Below are positions 26,337 to 33,837 of a DNA stretch of 49,386 bases, one piece after another. The DNA is taken from the NCBI GenBank assembly GCA_003552185.1, contig PUOW01000362.1:1-49386 (forward strand). Direction: 5' to 3'. A program made the position numbers and the translations under genes. The stretch comes from Spirochaetaceae bacterium (GTDB lineage: Bacteria > Spirochaetota > Spirochaetia > DSM-27196 > SLAA01). The notes beneath the pieces were generated by a model, which saw nothing but the letters and a program-made list of their open reading frames with translations, made no database searches and had not been told where the DNA came from. Every line of letters begins with the position of its first letter. The first letter of the stretch is position 1.

Positions 26337-26427
26337 GCCGGCGCCCCAACACGCGCCCACCCCCCAACGGCCCACCGCCCCACCGCCCCCCAACGCCCCA
26401 CCGCCCGCCGGCGCCCCAACACGCGCC
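26337..26427. repeat. perfect 21-bp direct repeat flanking a C-run-rich tract (G-runs on the minus strand)
   Basis: GCCGGCGCCCCAACACGCGCC at 26337-26357 and 26407-26427. Between the two copies lies CCCCAACGGCCCACCGCCCCACCGCCCCCCAACGCCCCACCGCCC. Confidence 0.85.
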
Positions 26428-26485
26428 GCCCAGCTGCCACGCGTTGCCCAGCCGCCACGCGCCGAGCGAGCGGTTGTGGGCGGGA

Positions 26486-27841
26486 CTACATCCGGATCGC
26501 ACCCGGTAGACCGTCTCGCTCACCGACCTGTAGTTGTGAGTCGAAAAACTGCTCCGACTCTCCGAAGGCCGGTACCAGTTGGTTGAGCCAGGTCGCATCC
26601 GGGTCGAAGCGTGCGAAGAACGGCCGCTGGACCCACTCGGCGTTACGGGCCTGTATCAAGCGCAACACAAAGAACTTCTCGTTTCCTACCTCGGCAATAC
26701 CCTGGATCTCTACCTTACCGGGCGTCGCCGACATGCTCGGCCCGCGTGCGGTCCGCGCGAGCCCCGATACGTTGCGGATTGCCTCGCGGTAAATCTGATA
26801 GGCCTCGGCGAGAGGCACCGCGAAATAATCCCGGGCTCCGGTATCGCGCTCCACAAACATGTAGTACGGAACCATCCCGAGTTGCACCTGTCGCTCCCAC
26901 ATCTTCTCCCAGACTTTGGGGTCGTCGTTGATGTGACGAATCAGGGGAGACTGCGTGCGGATCACCGCACCGATGGCTTGCAGGCGTTGAGCCGCCTCGG
27001 CCACGATCGGCGGATCCAACTCGCGGTGATGGTTGAAGTGCGCCATGATCGCAAGGTGCTTGCCGGCCTTCACTACCGCGGCGAGCGCTTCGAGAACCTC
27101 CGGCGCGTCGCGTTCATCGACGTATTTGTGCGGCCAGTAAGCGAGTGACTTCGTTCCGATGCGAATGTTTTGCAGGTGTTCGAGCTCAGGATCGAGTAAC
27201 GGTTCGATGACTTTGCGAAGCATCTTGGAGTTCATCACCATGGGATCGCCGCCGGTGATCAAGACGTCGGTGATCTCGGGGTGTGCTTTGAGGTACTGGA
27301 CGAACCGGTCCATGTTCGGGGCGGCGAAGCGCAACTCGTCGATACCGACGAACTGCGCCCAGCGAAAGCAGAAGGTACAGTAGGCATGACAGGTTTGGCC
27401 TGCCTGCGGGAAGAACAACGCGGTTTCGTCGTACTTGTGCTGAACTCCTTCGATCCTCTCGCCTTCCCAGACCGGAACATTCATCTCCATTTGCCCGGCC
27501 GGATGCGGGTTTAGGTTGTAGCGAATCTCGTCGACCGCGGCGGCCAGCTGTTCGCCGGATCCGTTCCCGCTGCGAACGATCTCCGCGACTCGATCATACT
27601 CCGCATCGCTGAGCATGCCTCTCTGAGGAAAGGTAAGTTGATATATCGGATCTTCAGGAATGTTGTGCCAATCGATGAGCTCATCCACGACGTACCGATT
27701 GGTCTTGAACGGAAAGACCCTCGCCAGCACCTCGAGCTCGAAGCGCTGGTGTTCGGTCAACTGCTGTAGCTGTAGGATTTCGTCGATGTTCTGGAGGGTG
27801 TACTGTTTGAACTTAACCCCGTTGCGCTCTTTCTGCGTCAT
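26486..27841 (-). CDS. KamA-family radical SAM aminomutase (lysine 2,3-aminomutase-like)
   Basis: CHAYCTFCFRW (CxxxCxxC) cluster, LITGGDP, and 451 aa. SD GGGAGG upstream. Confidence 0.85.
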   Translation of the reverse strand: MTQKERNGVKFKQYTLQNIDEILQLQQLTEHQRFELEVLARVFPFKTNRYVVDELIDWHNIPEDPIYQLTFPQRGMLSDAEYDRVAEIVRSGNGSGEQLAAAVDEIRYNLNPHPAGQMEMNVPVWEGERIEGVQHKYDETALFFPQAGQTCHAYCTFCFRWAQFVGIDELRFAAPNMDRFVQYLKAHPEITDVLITGGDPMVMNSKMLRKVIEPLLDPELEHLQNIRIGTKSLAYWPHKYVDERDAPEVLEALAAVVKAGKHLAIMAHFNHHRELDPPIVAEAAQRLQAIGAVIRTQSPLIRHINDDPKVWEKMWERQVQLGMVPYYMFVERDTGARDYFAVPLAEAYQIYREAIRNVSGLARTARGPSMSATPGKVEIQGIAEVGNEKFFVLRLIQARNAEWVQRPFFARFDPDATWLNQLVPAFGESEQFFDSQLQVGERDGLPGAIRM

Positions 27842-27932
27842 AGGCCTCCCTTCGGCAAGACTCGCCGCACCCCGACGGTGGCGGCATCAAGAGCCGAATT
27901 CTACCCCGGTTTCGCCGAAAACGTCAAATCGC

Positions 27933-27998
27933 GCGCTTGTAGCGCTTGTGGCCCATGTGAACCAGGCGCGTGTCGACCAGGCGAGTGCGGGCCATGTG
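27933..27998. repeat. mosaic of short direct repeats (GCGCTTGT x2, ACCAGGCG x2, GGCC(C)ATGTG x2)
   Basis: GCGCTTGT at 27933 and 27942. GGCCCATGTG at 27950 with GGCCATGTG at 27990. ACCAGGCG at 27961 and 27976. Confidence 0.75.
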
Positions 27999-28045
27999 GG
28001 GTGAGCAGGGCTGCGGGCCGCGCGGCACGTAGAAGGCGCCTCGGG

Positions 28046-28975
28046 TTACGCCCGCTTTATCTGCGCCTGCGGTGATTCCGCCGAGGCGGAGCGCACCGCG
28101 GCGACAACCACCAGTACCGCGCCCACCAGCGCTTGGAGCGAGTAGAACTCCGCGAAGAACACCGCCGCGAATACCGCCGCGATTACCGGTTCAACCGTCG
28201 CGACCACAACCGCGCGTGAGATCTCGACCTCGACAAGGCCGCGGTAGTACAGCAGATACGGCAGATAGGTGGTCGCGATACTGAGCACGGCAAGCCAAAT
28301 CAGCGCCGAGGGGGAGTAGCCGCCGAACTCAACAAACGGTAGGATCGCGAGCGCCGCTACCGGGAAGACATAGGCGAGGATCCGCAGCGGGCTGTAGCGA
28401 GCAGTGGCCCATTTCCCGACCAAATAGTACGCCGCGTAGGTTAACGAGGCGGCGAAGCCCCAGAACAGCGATACGGCGGTTACGTTGATGCCCCTTCCTC
28501 CACCTGTTGCGATCAGGATCACGCCGAGCATCGTCAGTGTGATGAGCGAGGTCTTCTGTAGCGTCAGTAGTTCGCGATACCACACGCGTGCGCCGAGCGC
28601 AACGAAGGCGGGCGAGGTATACAACAAGATGACCGCGAGATTTATGCCCCCGGTCTCGATCGCGTACGCTAGTGAAACCATGAAGGCGCCGATCCCGAAC
28701 GCGCCGAACAGCACAAGCGCGGGTAGATCTCGAACGGTGACACGACCGTCGGTTGGTTGCTCGGTGAACTTGAGCCGCGCGATAAACAGAACCGAGGCGG
28801 CCGCGGTTCTCCAGAACGCGAGCTCAAGCGGTGTTACTCCCTCGGCGTACAGCACGCGCGAGATCGGCCCCGAAGTGGCCCAGAGCGCTGCGGCTGCTGC
28901 CACCAGTAAGTATCCGCCGTATGCGGGTTGTGCGTGCGAGCGCGTCTCTTCCGGCATCGAGCGCGAGCGTAGCAC
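28046..28975 (-). CDS. EamA/DMT-family transporter
   Basis: About 10 hydrophobic helices in two similar halves, typical of EamA-domain duplication. Confidence 0.8.
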   Translation of the reverse strand: MLRSRSMPEETRSHAQPAYGGYLLVAAAAALWATSGPISRVLYAEGVTPLELAFWRTAAASVLFIARLKFTEQPTDGRVTVRDLPALVLFGAFGIGAFMVSLAYAIETGGINLAVILLYTSPAFVALGARVWYRELLTLQKTSLITLTMLGVILIATGGGRGINVTAVSLFWGFAASLTYAAYYLVGKWATARYSPLRILAYVFPVAALAILPFVEFGGYSPSALIWLAVLSIATTYLPYLLYYRGLVEVEISRAVVVATVEPVIAAVFAAVFFAEFYSLQALVGAVLVVVAAVRSASAESPQAQIKRA

Positions 28976-29043
28976 GAACTGCCGTGCTTCTACGAGGGGT
29001 CGAGGGCGCTGAGTTCGAGGATGCCGGGTGGGCTATTGCCGGT

Positions 29044-29343
29044 TTAGGAGTGATCGTCGAGATGCGACGGACGATAGCCTTCGCGCTCGAGCACCGTGCG
29101 CATCGCACTTTCACGCCGCCTCAGTTCTCGGGAGCCGCGGGTGATGTTACACAGCGACAGACCGAGTTCCTCGGCGATACGGCGCTGGGGGACTCCTTCA
29201 CTCAAGCGCTTCACGATCTCCCATCGTCCTGAGATTCGCTCAGCTTCTCGTGCGGTTAAGAGCTCGCGCAGGAACTCGAGCATCAGCTCACGGTCGTCGA
29301 TATGGGTTAAGGTCTCGGCCAGTTCGTCGAGCGATCTTTTCAT
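29044..29343 (-). CDS. TrpR-related YerC/YecD-family DNA-binding protein
   Basis: Start at ATG 29343. ISGRWEIVKRLSEGVPQRRIAEELGLSLCNITRGSREL helix-turn-helix typical of the family. The TTG at 29385 in the track is itself the -35 TTGACA. Confidence 0.7.
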   Translation of the reverse strand: MKRSLDELAETLTHIDDRELMLEFLRELLTAREAERISGRWEIVKRLSEGVPQRRIAEELGLSLCNITRGSRELRRRESAMRTVLEREGYRPSHLDDHS

Positions 29344-29348
29344 GATCT

Positions 29349-29366
29349 GTTTCTGGTTATAGAAAC
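29349..29366. promoter_or_regulatory. inverted repeat GTTTCT-N6-AGAAAC overlapping the -10 box of the TrpR-like gene (candidate operator)
   Basis: Perfect 6-bp arms at 29349-29354 and 29361-29366. Confidence 0.4.
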
Positions 29367-29385
29367 ATTCGGCCGTTTGTGTCAA
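29356..29385 (-). promoter_or_regulatory. sigma-70-type promoter TTGACA-18-TATAAC, 12 nt upstream of the TrpR-like ATG
   Basis: On the minus strand, -35 at 29385-29380 and -10 at 29361-29356. No SD before ATG 29343. Confidence 0.5.
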
Positions 29386-29398
29386 GCTCTGGCCGGTT

Positions 29399-29854
29399 AT
29401 GGGTGATCACGGCGGAAGAGTGTCACGGGCGGCGACCGTGGCCCGGCTGCGGCGCGCGGGCTCAGTGGGGCTGTTCGTTACGTGGGAACTGCCCCAAAGC
29501 CTGCTCGGGGCGGCGGTGGCGGCAGTAGTCTTGGCGAGCGGATCGGCATTGGAGGCAGGCAGGCGCTACGGGCGGATCTGCGTGCGCACCAACAGGCTCG
29601 GTGTTTCTCTCGGGGCGTTCGTGTTCTGGTTCAGGGTGCGGGGCCGAGACCCCGAGGAGGTGCTCCGCCACGAGATCGGGCACACGGTGCAGTCGCGGCT
29701 GCTTGGGCCGCTCTACCTGCCGGTGGTGGGGCTCCCGTCTATGGCACGCGTGGGGTACGCGGTTTGGCACCGACGCCGGTACGGTACGCGCTGGAGAAAC
29801 TACCGCAAAGGCTTTCCGGAAAACTGGGCCGATAAACTCGCGCCGCGTCGGTAG
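29399..29854 (+). CDS. small membrane protein with HExxH motif, function unknown
   Basis: Two or three hydrophobic segments and a HEIGH motif followed by LLGPLYLPVVGLPS. No family recognised. Confidence 0.45.
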   Translation: MGDHGGRVSRAATVARLRRAGSVGLFVTWELPQSLLGAAVAAVVLASGSALEAGRRYGRICVRTNRLGVSLGAFVFWFRVRGRDPEEVLRHEIGHTVQSRLLGPLYLPVVGLPSMARVGYAVWHRRRYGTRWRNYRKGFPENWADKLAPRR

Positions 29855-29868
29855 GCCCCCGAGCCGGT

Positions 29869-30513
29869 CTACTGTCGGTCGGTGATGAACGGCACAAAGC
29901 GCACATCGAGACCGTTCTCGCGGTGGAGGCCTCCAAACTGCCGGGTATAGCGTGTTATGCGCTGGGCGCCTTGTCCGATCGGTGCAACCAACCGCCCCGC
30001 TTCCGAGAGCTGCTCGAGCAGAGGGGGCGGCACCGACGGCGCCCCTGCGGTAATGAGAATAATGTCGAACGGAGCAGCGTCGGGGTATCCCGCATAGCCG
30101 TCGTCGCACAGCACCGTCACGTTCTCGTACCCGAGCCTCTTGAGGCGTTCGCGGGCGGCTTCGGCCAGCGTCTCCACGCGTTCAATCGTTATTACCTCGC
30201 GGCAGAGCTCGGCCAGGACCGCGGCCTGATAGCCGCTTCCGGTACCGATCTCGAGCGCTCGGTCCTGCGCGCTCGGTTCGCACCATTCGGTCATGTACGC
30301 GACGACGTACGGCTGCGAGCAGGTCTGCCCATGCCCCACCGCGACCGCGCCGTCGGCGTACGCCTCTTCCGGCGGTTCCGCGGGCAGGAACAGATGCCGA
30401 GGCACGCGTGCCATCGCCTCGAGCACGCGCCGGTTGGTAATGCCGCGGAGGGCGAGTTGTCGCTCCACCATTCGCGCGCGCAGTCGTTCTATGTACTCGG
30501 CTTCATCGCTCAT
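29869..30513 (-). CDS. pcm: protein-L-isoaspartate O-methyltransferase
   Basis: Start moved to ATG 30513. LEIGTGSGYQAAVLA AdoMet motif, with QPYVVAYM upstream of it. Confidence 0.85.
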   Translation of the reverse strand: MSDEAEYIERLRARMVERQLALRGITNRRVLEAMARVPRHLFLPAEPPEEAYADGAVAVGHGQTCSQPYVVAYMTEWCEPSAQDRALEIGTGSGYQAAVLAELCREVITIERVETLAEAARERLKRLGYENVTVLCDDGYAGYPDAAPFDIILITAGAPSVPPPLLEQLSEAGRLVAPIGQGAQRITRYTRQFGGLHRENGLDVRFVPFITDRQ

Positions 30514-30528
30514 CGTTAGTACGGTAGC

Positions 30529-31356
30529 ATGCTTCGGGCTCAAGCGGCTATAATTGAGCTCAACGTGAAGCCTGAAGACGACGCGTTACGGAACGCAATA
30601 CAGCGGTTCCTCTCGGTTCCCCGGCGCTCGGAGGCGGAGATCATCCGCGCCTATCGGCGGCTCTGTAAAGAGACGCATCCCGATCTCAGCGGAGGCTCCG
30701 GCGAGCTCTTCGTCGCGGTGCAGCAGGCGTTTCGTGAGGCGCTCGCGCGCCTCGATGCTCGCGCAGGATCTCCCGAGGGGTTCGACCCGTACGAGGTAAT
30801 CCGAAACGAGGGGTATCCGGAACAGCTGCCGCCGCGCGAGTGCTTTCTGATCTCGTTGATGCGCTATTCCGCGCTCGGGCTTTACTCGTACCGCGTTCGG
30901 CGAAACCCCGAACTGCAGAAGCGTAACACCCGCGTCGTGCGAAGCGTAGCGTACTGGGCCAGGGCGTACGACCGTGAGCTTCTTCCGGTGTTTCAGGCCT
31001 TCGACGAGACGCAACTGCGGCCGCTGAGCAGCACCGCCGAGATGCAGCGCTACTATAGGGCCCGCCGTGTGCTGCTCGACGGACTGCACGCCTTCTCGCA
31101 GTACCAGCGCAGCGGCCGGTTGAGCACCGCAGATGTAGCCGCCGACCGGCTCCGGAAAGGCATAGTGGGCCTCGAGCGTGTGGCGCCCGGGGATCGCAGC
31201 TTGGCACTGGCGCGTCGGCTTGTTCCGGAGCTCGATCTCCCGCCGGTCTGCGCGGGCGTCGCCGGTCTAACCGGCGAGCAGAGGCGTGAGGCCGAGCCGT
31301 CGCCTGCCTCGCGGAGCTCGAACTACTCGCCGCGGCGTTTCCGAAGTTCGCGATAG
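30529..31356 (+). CDS. J-domain protein with uncharacterised C-terminal region
   Basis: AYRRLCKETHPDL contains the HPD tripeptide. There is no G/F or zinc-finger region. The start is uncertain (ATG 30529 or GTG 30565). Confidence 0.55.
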   Translation: MLRAQAAIIELNVKPEDDALRNAIQRFLSVPRRSEAEIIRAYRRLCKETHPDLSGGSGELFVAVQQAFREALARLDARAGSPEGFDPYEVIRNEGYPEQLPPRECFLISLMRYSALGLYSYRVRRNPELQKRNTRVVRSVAYWARAYDRELLPVFQAFDETQLRPLSSTAEMQRYYRARRVLLDGLHAFSQYQRSGRLSTADVAADRLRKGIVGLERVAPGDRSLALARRLVPELDLPPVCAGVAGLTGEQRREAEPSPASRSSNYSPRRFRSSR

Positions 31357-31865
31357 ACGCCGTCGGCGAAAGCACGAACCTGCGGTGAGTAACGGCAGTG
31401 TCGATACAACGCGTCGCGAAAGTCTTCAAAGGCCTCGACCGATACCGCACCGCGCGCGAACAGCGCGGCTAAGGCCATGACGGCGTTATAGAAGCGGCCG
31501 CCGGCGCGCGCGTGGTGCTCAAGCATTGCGCGGTCGTCGCTGAGAAGCGGTAAGCCGGTCTCGCGCGCGGCGCGAGTTACGGCGCGATCGGTCTCGGGCT
31601 CGCTGTACCCCGACAGCGTCTCGAGCCGCTCGAGATGCCGCGCCTCGAACCCGGTCTCGGCGAGCACGCCCGGGACGAGGTGCAGCCGCAGGTTGCGTGA
31701 CAAAAGCTGCAGAAACCCGGCCTTGTCGCAAAGAATGAGGCTCGAGGAGTCCGCGATGACGCCCTGGAGCTCAAACAGCTCGGCTGCAGCTTGCTCGATC
31801 TCGGCGACCGTGTCATGCAGTTCTCGGGCTGCCGCCCGTCGTCTATCGCCACTGCGTCCGGCCAT
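31323..31865 (-). CDS. PIN-like (DUF3368-like) domain protein
   Basis: Start moved to ATG 31865. VIADSSSLILCDKAGFLQLL...VPGVLAE and a later LLSDDRAM resemble the PIN_3/DUF3368 acidic-residue pattern. 34-nt convergent overlap with the J-domain gene. Confidence 0.45.
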   Translation of the reverse strand: MAGRSGDRRRAAARELHDTVAEIEQAAAELFELQGVIADSSSLILCDKAGFLQLLSRNLRLHLVPGVLAETGFEARHLERLETLSGYSEPETDRAVTRAARETGLPLLSDDRAMLEHHARAGGRFYNAVMALAALFARGAVSVEAFEDFRDALYRHCRYSPQVRAFADGVYRELRKRRGE

Positions 31866-31923
31866 GGCGCCACCGTAGCAACACCACCGCAAATCGGCAA
31901 GCCTGTCGGGTGCCAAGCCCGCG

Positions 31924-31964
31924 CACCGGCAATCCCACACACCGGCAAGCCCACGCACCGGCAC
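31924..31964. repeat. 16-bp tandem unit CACCGGCAA(T/G)CCCAC x2 plus partial third copy
   Basis: Copies at 31924-31938 and 31940-31954, partial copy at 31956-31964, upstream of the PIN-like gene start. Confidence 0.75.
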
Positions 31965-32148
31965 GCTGTGGGCGCAGCCAGGCTCGTAGCCGGCAATCGC
32001 GGCATCGCGGCCTGCTTACGGTATCGATAGCGGCATCGATCTGCTCGCCGCGGCCGGTGCTGCGGTGCTATATTTTTTCAATGACAACGATGATCTTACG
32101 GCCACGGTCGAGCGGCGAGTGCAGGCAGACGTGGAAAGGAGTGTATAG

Positions 32149-32661
32149 ATGAGCGAGCAGGCGACCTTTGGGGGAGGGTGCTTTTGGTGCCTCGAGGCGG
32201 TGTTTCAACGGATCGAGGGCGTGCTCGAGGTTAAGCCGGGGTATGCCGGTGGTGATACCGCCGAGCCCAGCTACGACGAGGTGTGCAGCGGACGAACCGG
32301 GCACGCCGAGGTGGTGCAGATAACCTTCGACCCGGAGCGGATCAGCTATCGGGATCTCCTGGAGGTATTTTGGCGGGCGCACGATCCCACGACCTTGAAT
32401 CGGCAAGGGGGCGACGTCGGGACGCAGTATCGCTCGATGGTGCTGTGCCACAACGAGGAGCAGCGTCGGCAGGCCGAAGACTCGAAAGCGGCGCTCGACG
32501 GCTCCGGAGTATACTCAGTTCCGGTGGTTACCGAGATCGTGGATCTTGACAGATTTTTTCCGGCGGAACAGTATCATCACGACTATTACAACCGAAACCC
32601 GTCGGCCGGCTACTGCAGGGTCGTGATCGCGCCGAAGCTTCGTAAGCTACAACTCGGCTAA
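32149..32661 (+). CDS. msrA: peptide-methionine (S)-S-oxide reductase
   Basis: GGGCFWC active-site motif. SD GGAAAGGAG upstream. Confidence 0.9.
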   Translation: MSEQATFGGGCFWCLEAVFQRIEGVLEVKPGYAGGDTAEPSYDEVCSGRTGHAEVVQITFDPERISYRDLLEVFWRAHDPTTLNRQGGDVGTQYRSMVLCHNEEQRRQAEDSKAALDGSGVYSVPVVTEIVDLDRFFPAEQYHHDYYNRNPSAGYCRVVIAPKLRKLQLG

Positions 32662-32804
32662 ACGAAGCCCGGGCGGCTTCCATTCGGGCGGCGAATCGGC
32701 GCGCACGGGGCTTTCATTCCGGTGCGGGTTTGTCGATAATGTGAAGCAGGGTGCTGCGCAGTCATGGCGCGTTGCTCGAGATCGGACTACACGACGGAGG
32801 AAAT

Positions 32805-33224
32805 ATGAGAAAGCCGGCAGTACTAGTGGCGGTGTTTGTGCTCGTGGCGAGCTTGGCTGCGGCACAGGACAACGACGAGATCGACTGGGTAGGCACCTGG
32901 CGCGTGCACCACGCCGAAGGTTTGAGCGGGTACTCGTTGTCGGATCACGAAAACGGAGCGCTCGAGCAACAGCCCGACGGGGAGCTTGTACTCGAGGCCG
33001 ACGGTGCTGTTGAACACACGCTTGAAGACTTCCCGTACGACAGCTGGCGCTTCGAGGACGGTTTTCTCGTGTTCGAGCGTAACGGCAGCAACGGGTTTTA
33101 CGCTGTTCGAACGCTTTCTCCCGATGTGTTTTATCTGGTCAATGTAACCGTGACCGAACGCAACCGTGAGATCATTCGCATTCGCACCAATCGGCGGTAC
33201 AACATGCTGGTCCTTCGAGATTAG
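32805..33224 (+). CDS. small secreted protein, unknown function
   Basis: Start at ATG 32805 after GGAGG. Signal peptide MRKPAVLVAVFVLVASLAAA. Confidence 0.45.
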   Translation: MRKPAVLVAVFVLVASLAAAQDNDEIDWVGTWRVHHAEGLSGYSLSDHENGALEQQPDGELVLEADGAVEHTLEDFPYDSWRFEDGFLVFERNGSNGFYAVRTLSPDVFYLVNVTVTERNREIIRIRTNRRYNMLVLRD

Positions 33225-33258
33225 GAGCGCGACGGAGTTAGGAGCTCGCAACAAGAGT

Positions 33259-33801
33259 ATGTCGCAATTGGAACACCATAGCGAGAACACCGCCAACGGG
33301 GAGCGCGAGGCTCCGGAAATACGTGAGATGGAGCTTGGAGATCTCGAGCCTGTCTACCTGCTCGGCGAGCGCTTGTTCACCGCCGATCGTTGGCCGAGCC
33401 TCTATCGAACCTGGGATGAGTACGAGCTTGCGGCTCTGTTTGTGTCCGACGGCGAGCTCTGCTTCGTGGCTGAGGCCGACGAGCGCGTGATAGGGTTTGC
33501 GATCGGTACCTTGATCGATAAGCGCGGCAGTGCCTGGACTTATGCGCACTTACTGTGGCTGGGGGTGGACCCTGAGTATAGAGGCAGCGGGGTTGCGAAA
33601 CGTCTGCTCGACCGCTTTACCGACACCTGCATCGAGGAAGGCGCGCGCATGATGATGGTTGATACCGCTTCGGAGAACACCGGCGCGTTGAAATTCTTTC
33701 AAGGTCAGGGGTTCGGCAAAGCGCTTCAGCACGTATATCTGAGCAAAAACCTCACCGGTCTTCCCGAGTACCGCCGCAAACGACGCAATCGAGGCGTGTA
33801 G
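33259..33801 (+). CDS. GNAT family N-acetyltransferase
   Basis: Start moved to ATG 33259. YRGSGVAKRLL acetyl-CoA loop. Confidence 0.75.
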   Translation: MSQLEHHSENTANGEREAPEIREMELGDLEPVYLLGERLFTADRWPSLYRTWDEYELAALFVSDGELCFVAEADERVIGFAIGTLIDKRGSAWTYAHLLWLGVDPEYRGSGVAKRLLDRFTDTCIEEGARMMMVDTASENTGALKFFQGQGFGKALQHVYLSKNLTGLPEYRRKRRNRGV

Positions 33802-33837
33802 CTGCCCGGATCCCCGGCCCCGGGTCTAACACCTATG

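Noticed and set aside
26256-26792. 178-aa Pro/Arg/Thr/Ala-rich ORF crossing the C-run tract
   Set aside because: Its composition simply mirrors the C-rich repeat DNA. It overlaps the KamA-family gene 3' end and has no start context.
32664-32680. Hairpin GAAGCC-N5-GGCTTC after msrA as an intrinsic terminator
   Set aside because: The stem has only 6 bp and no T-tract follows. This is too weak to annotate.
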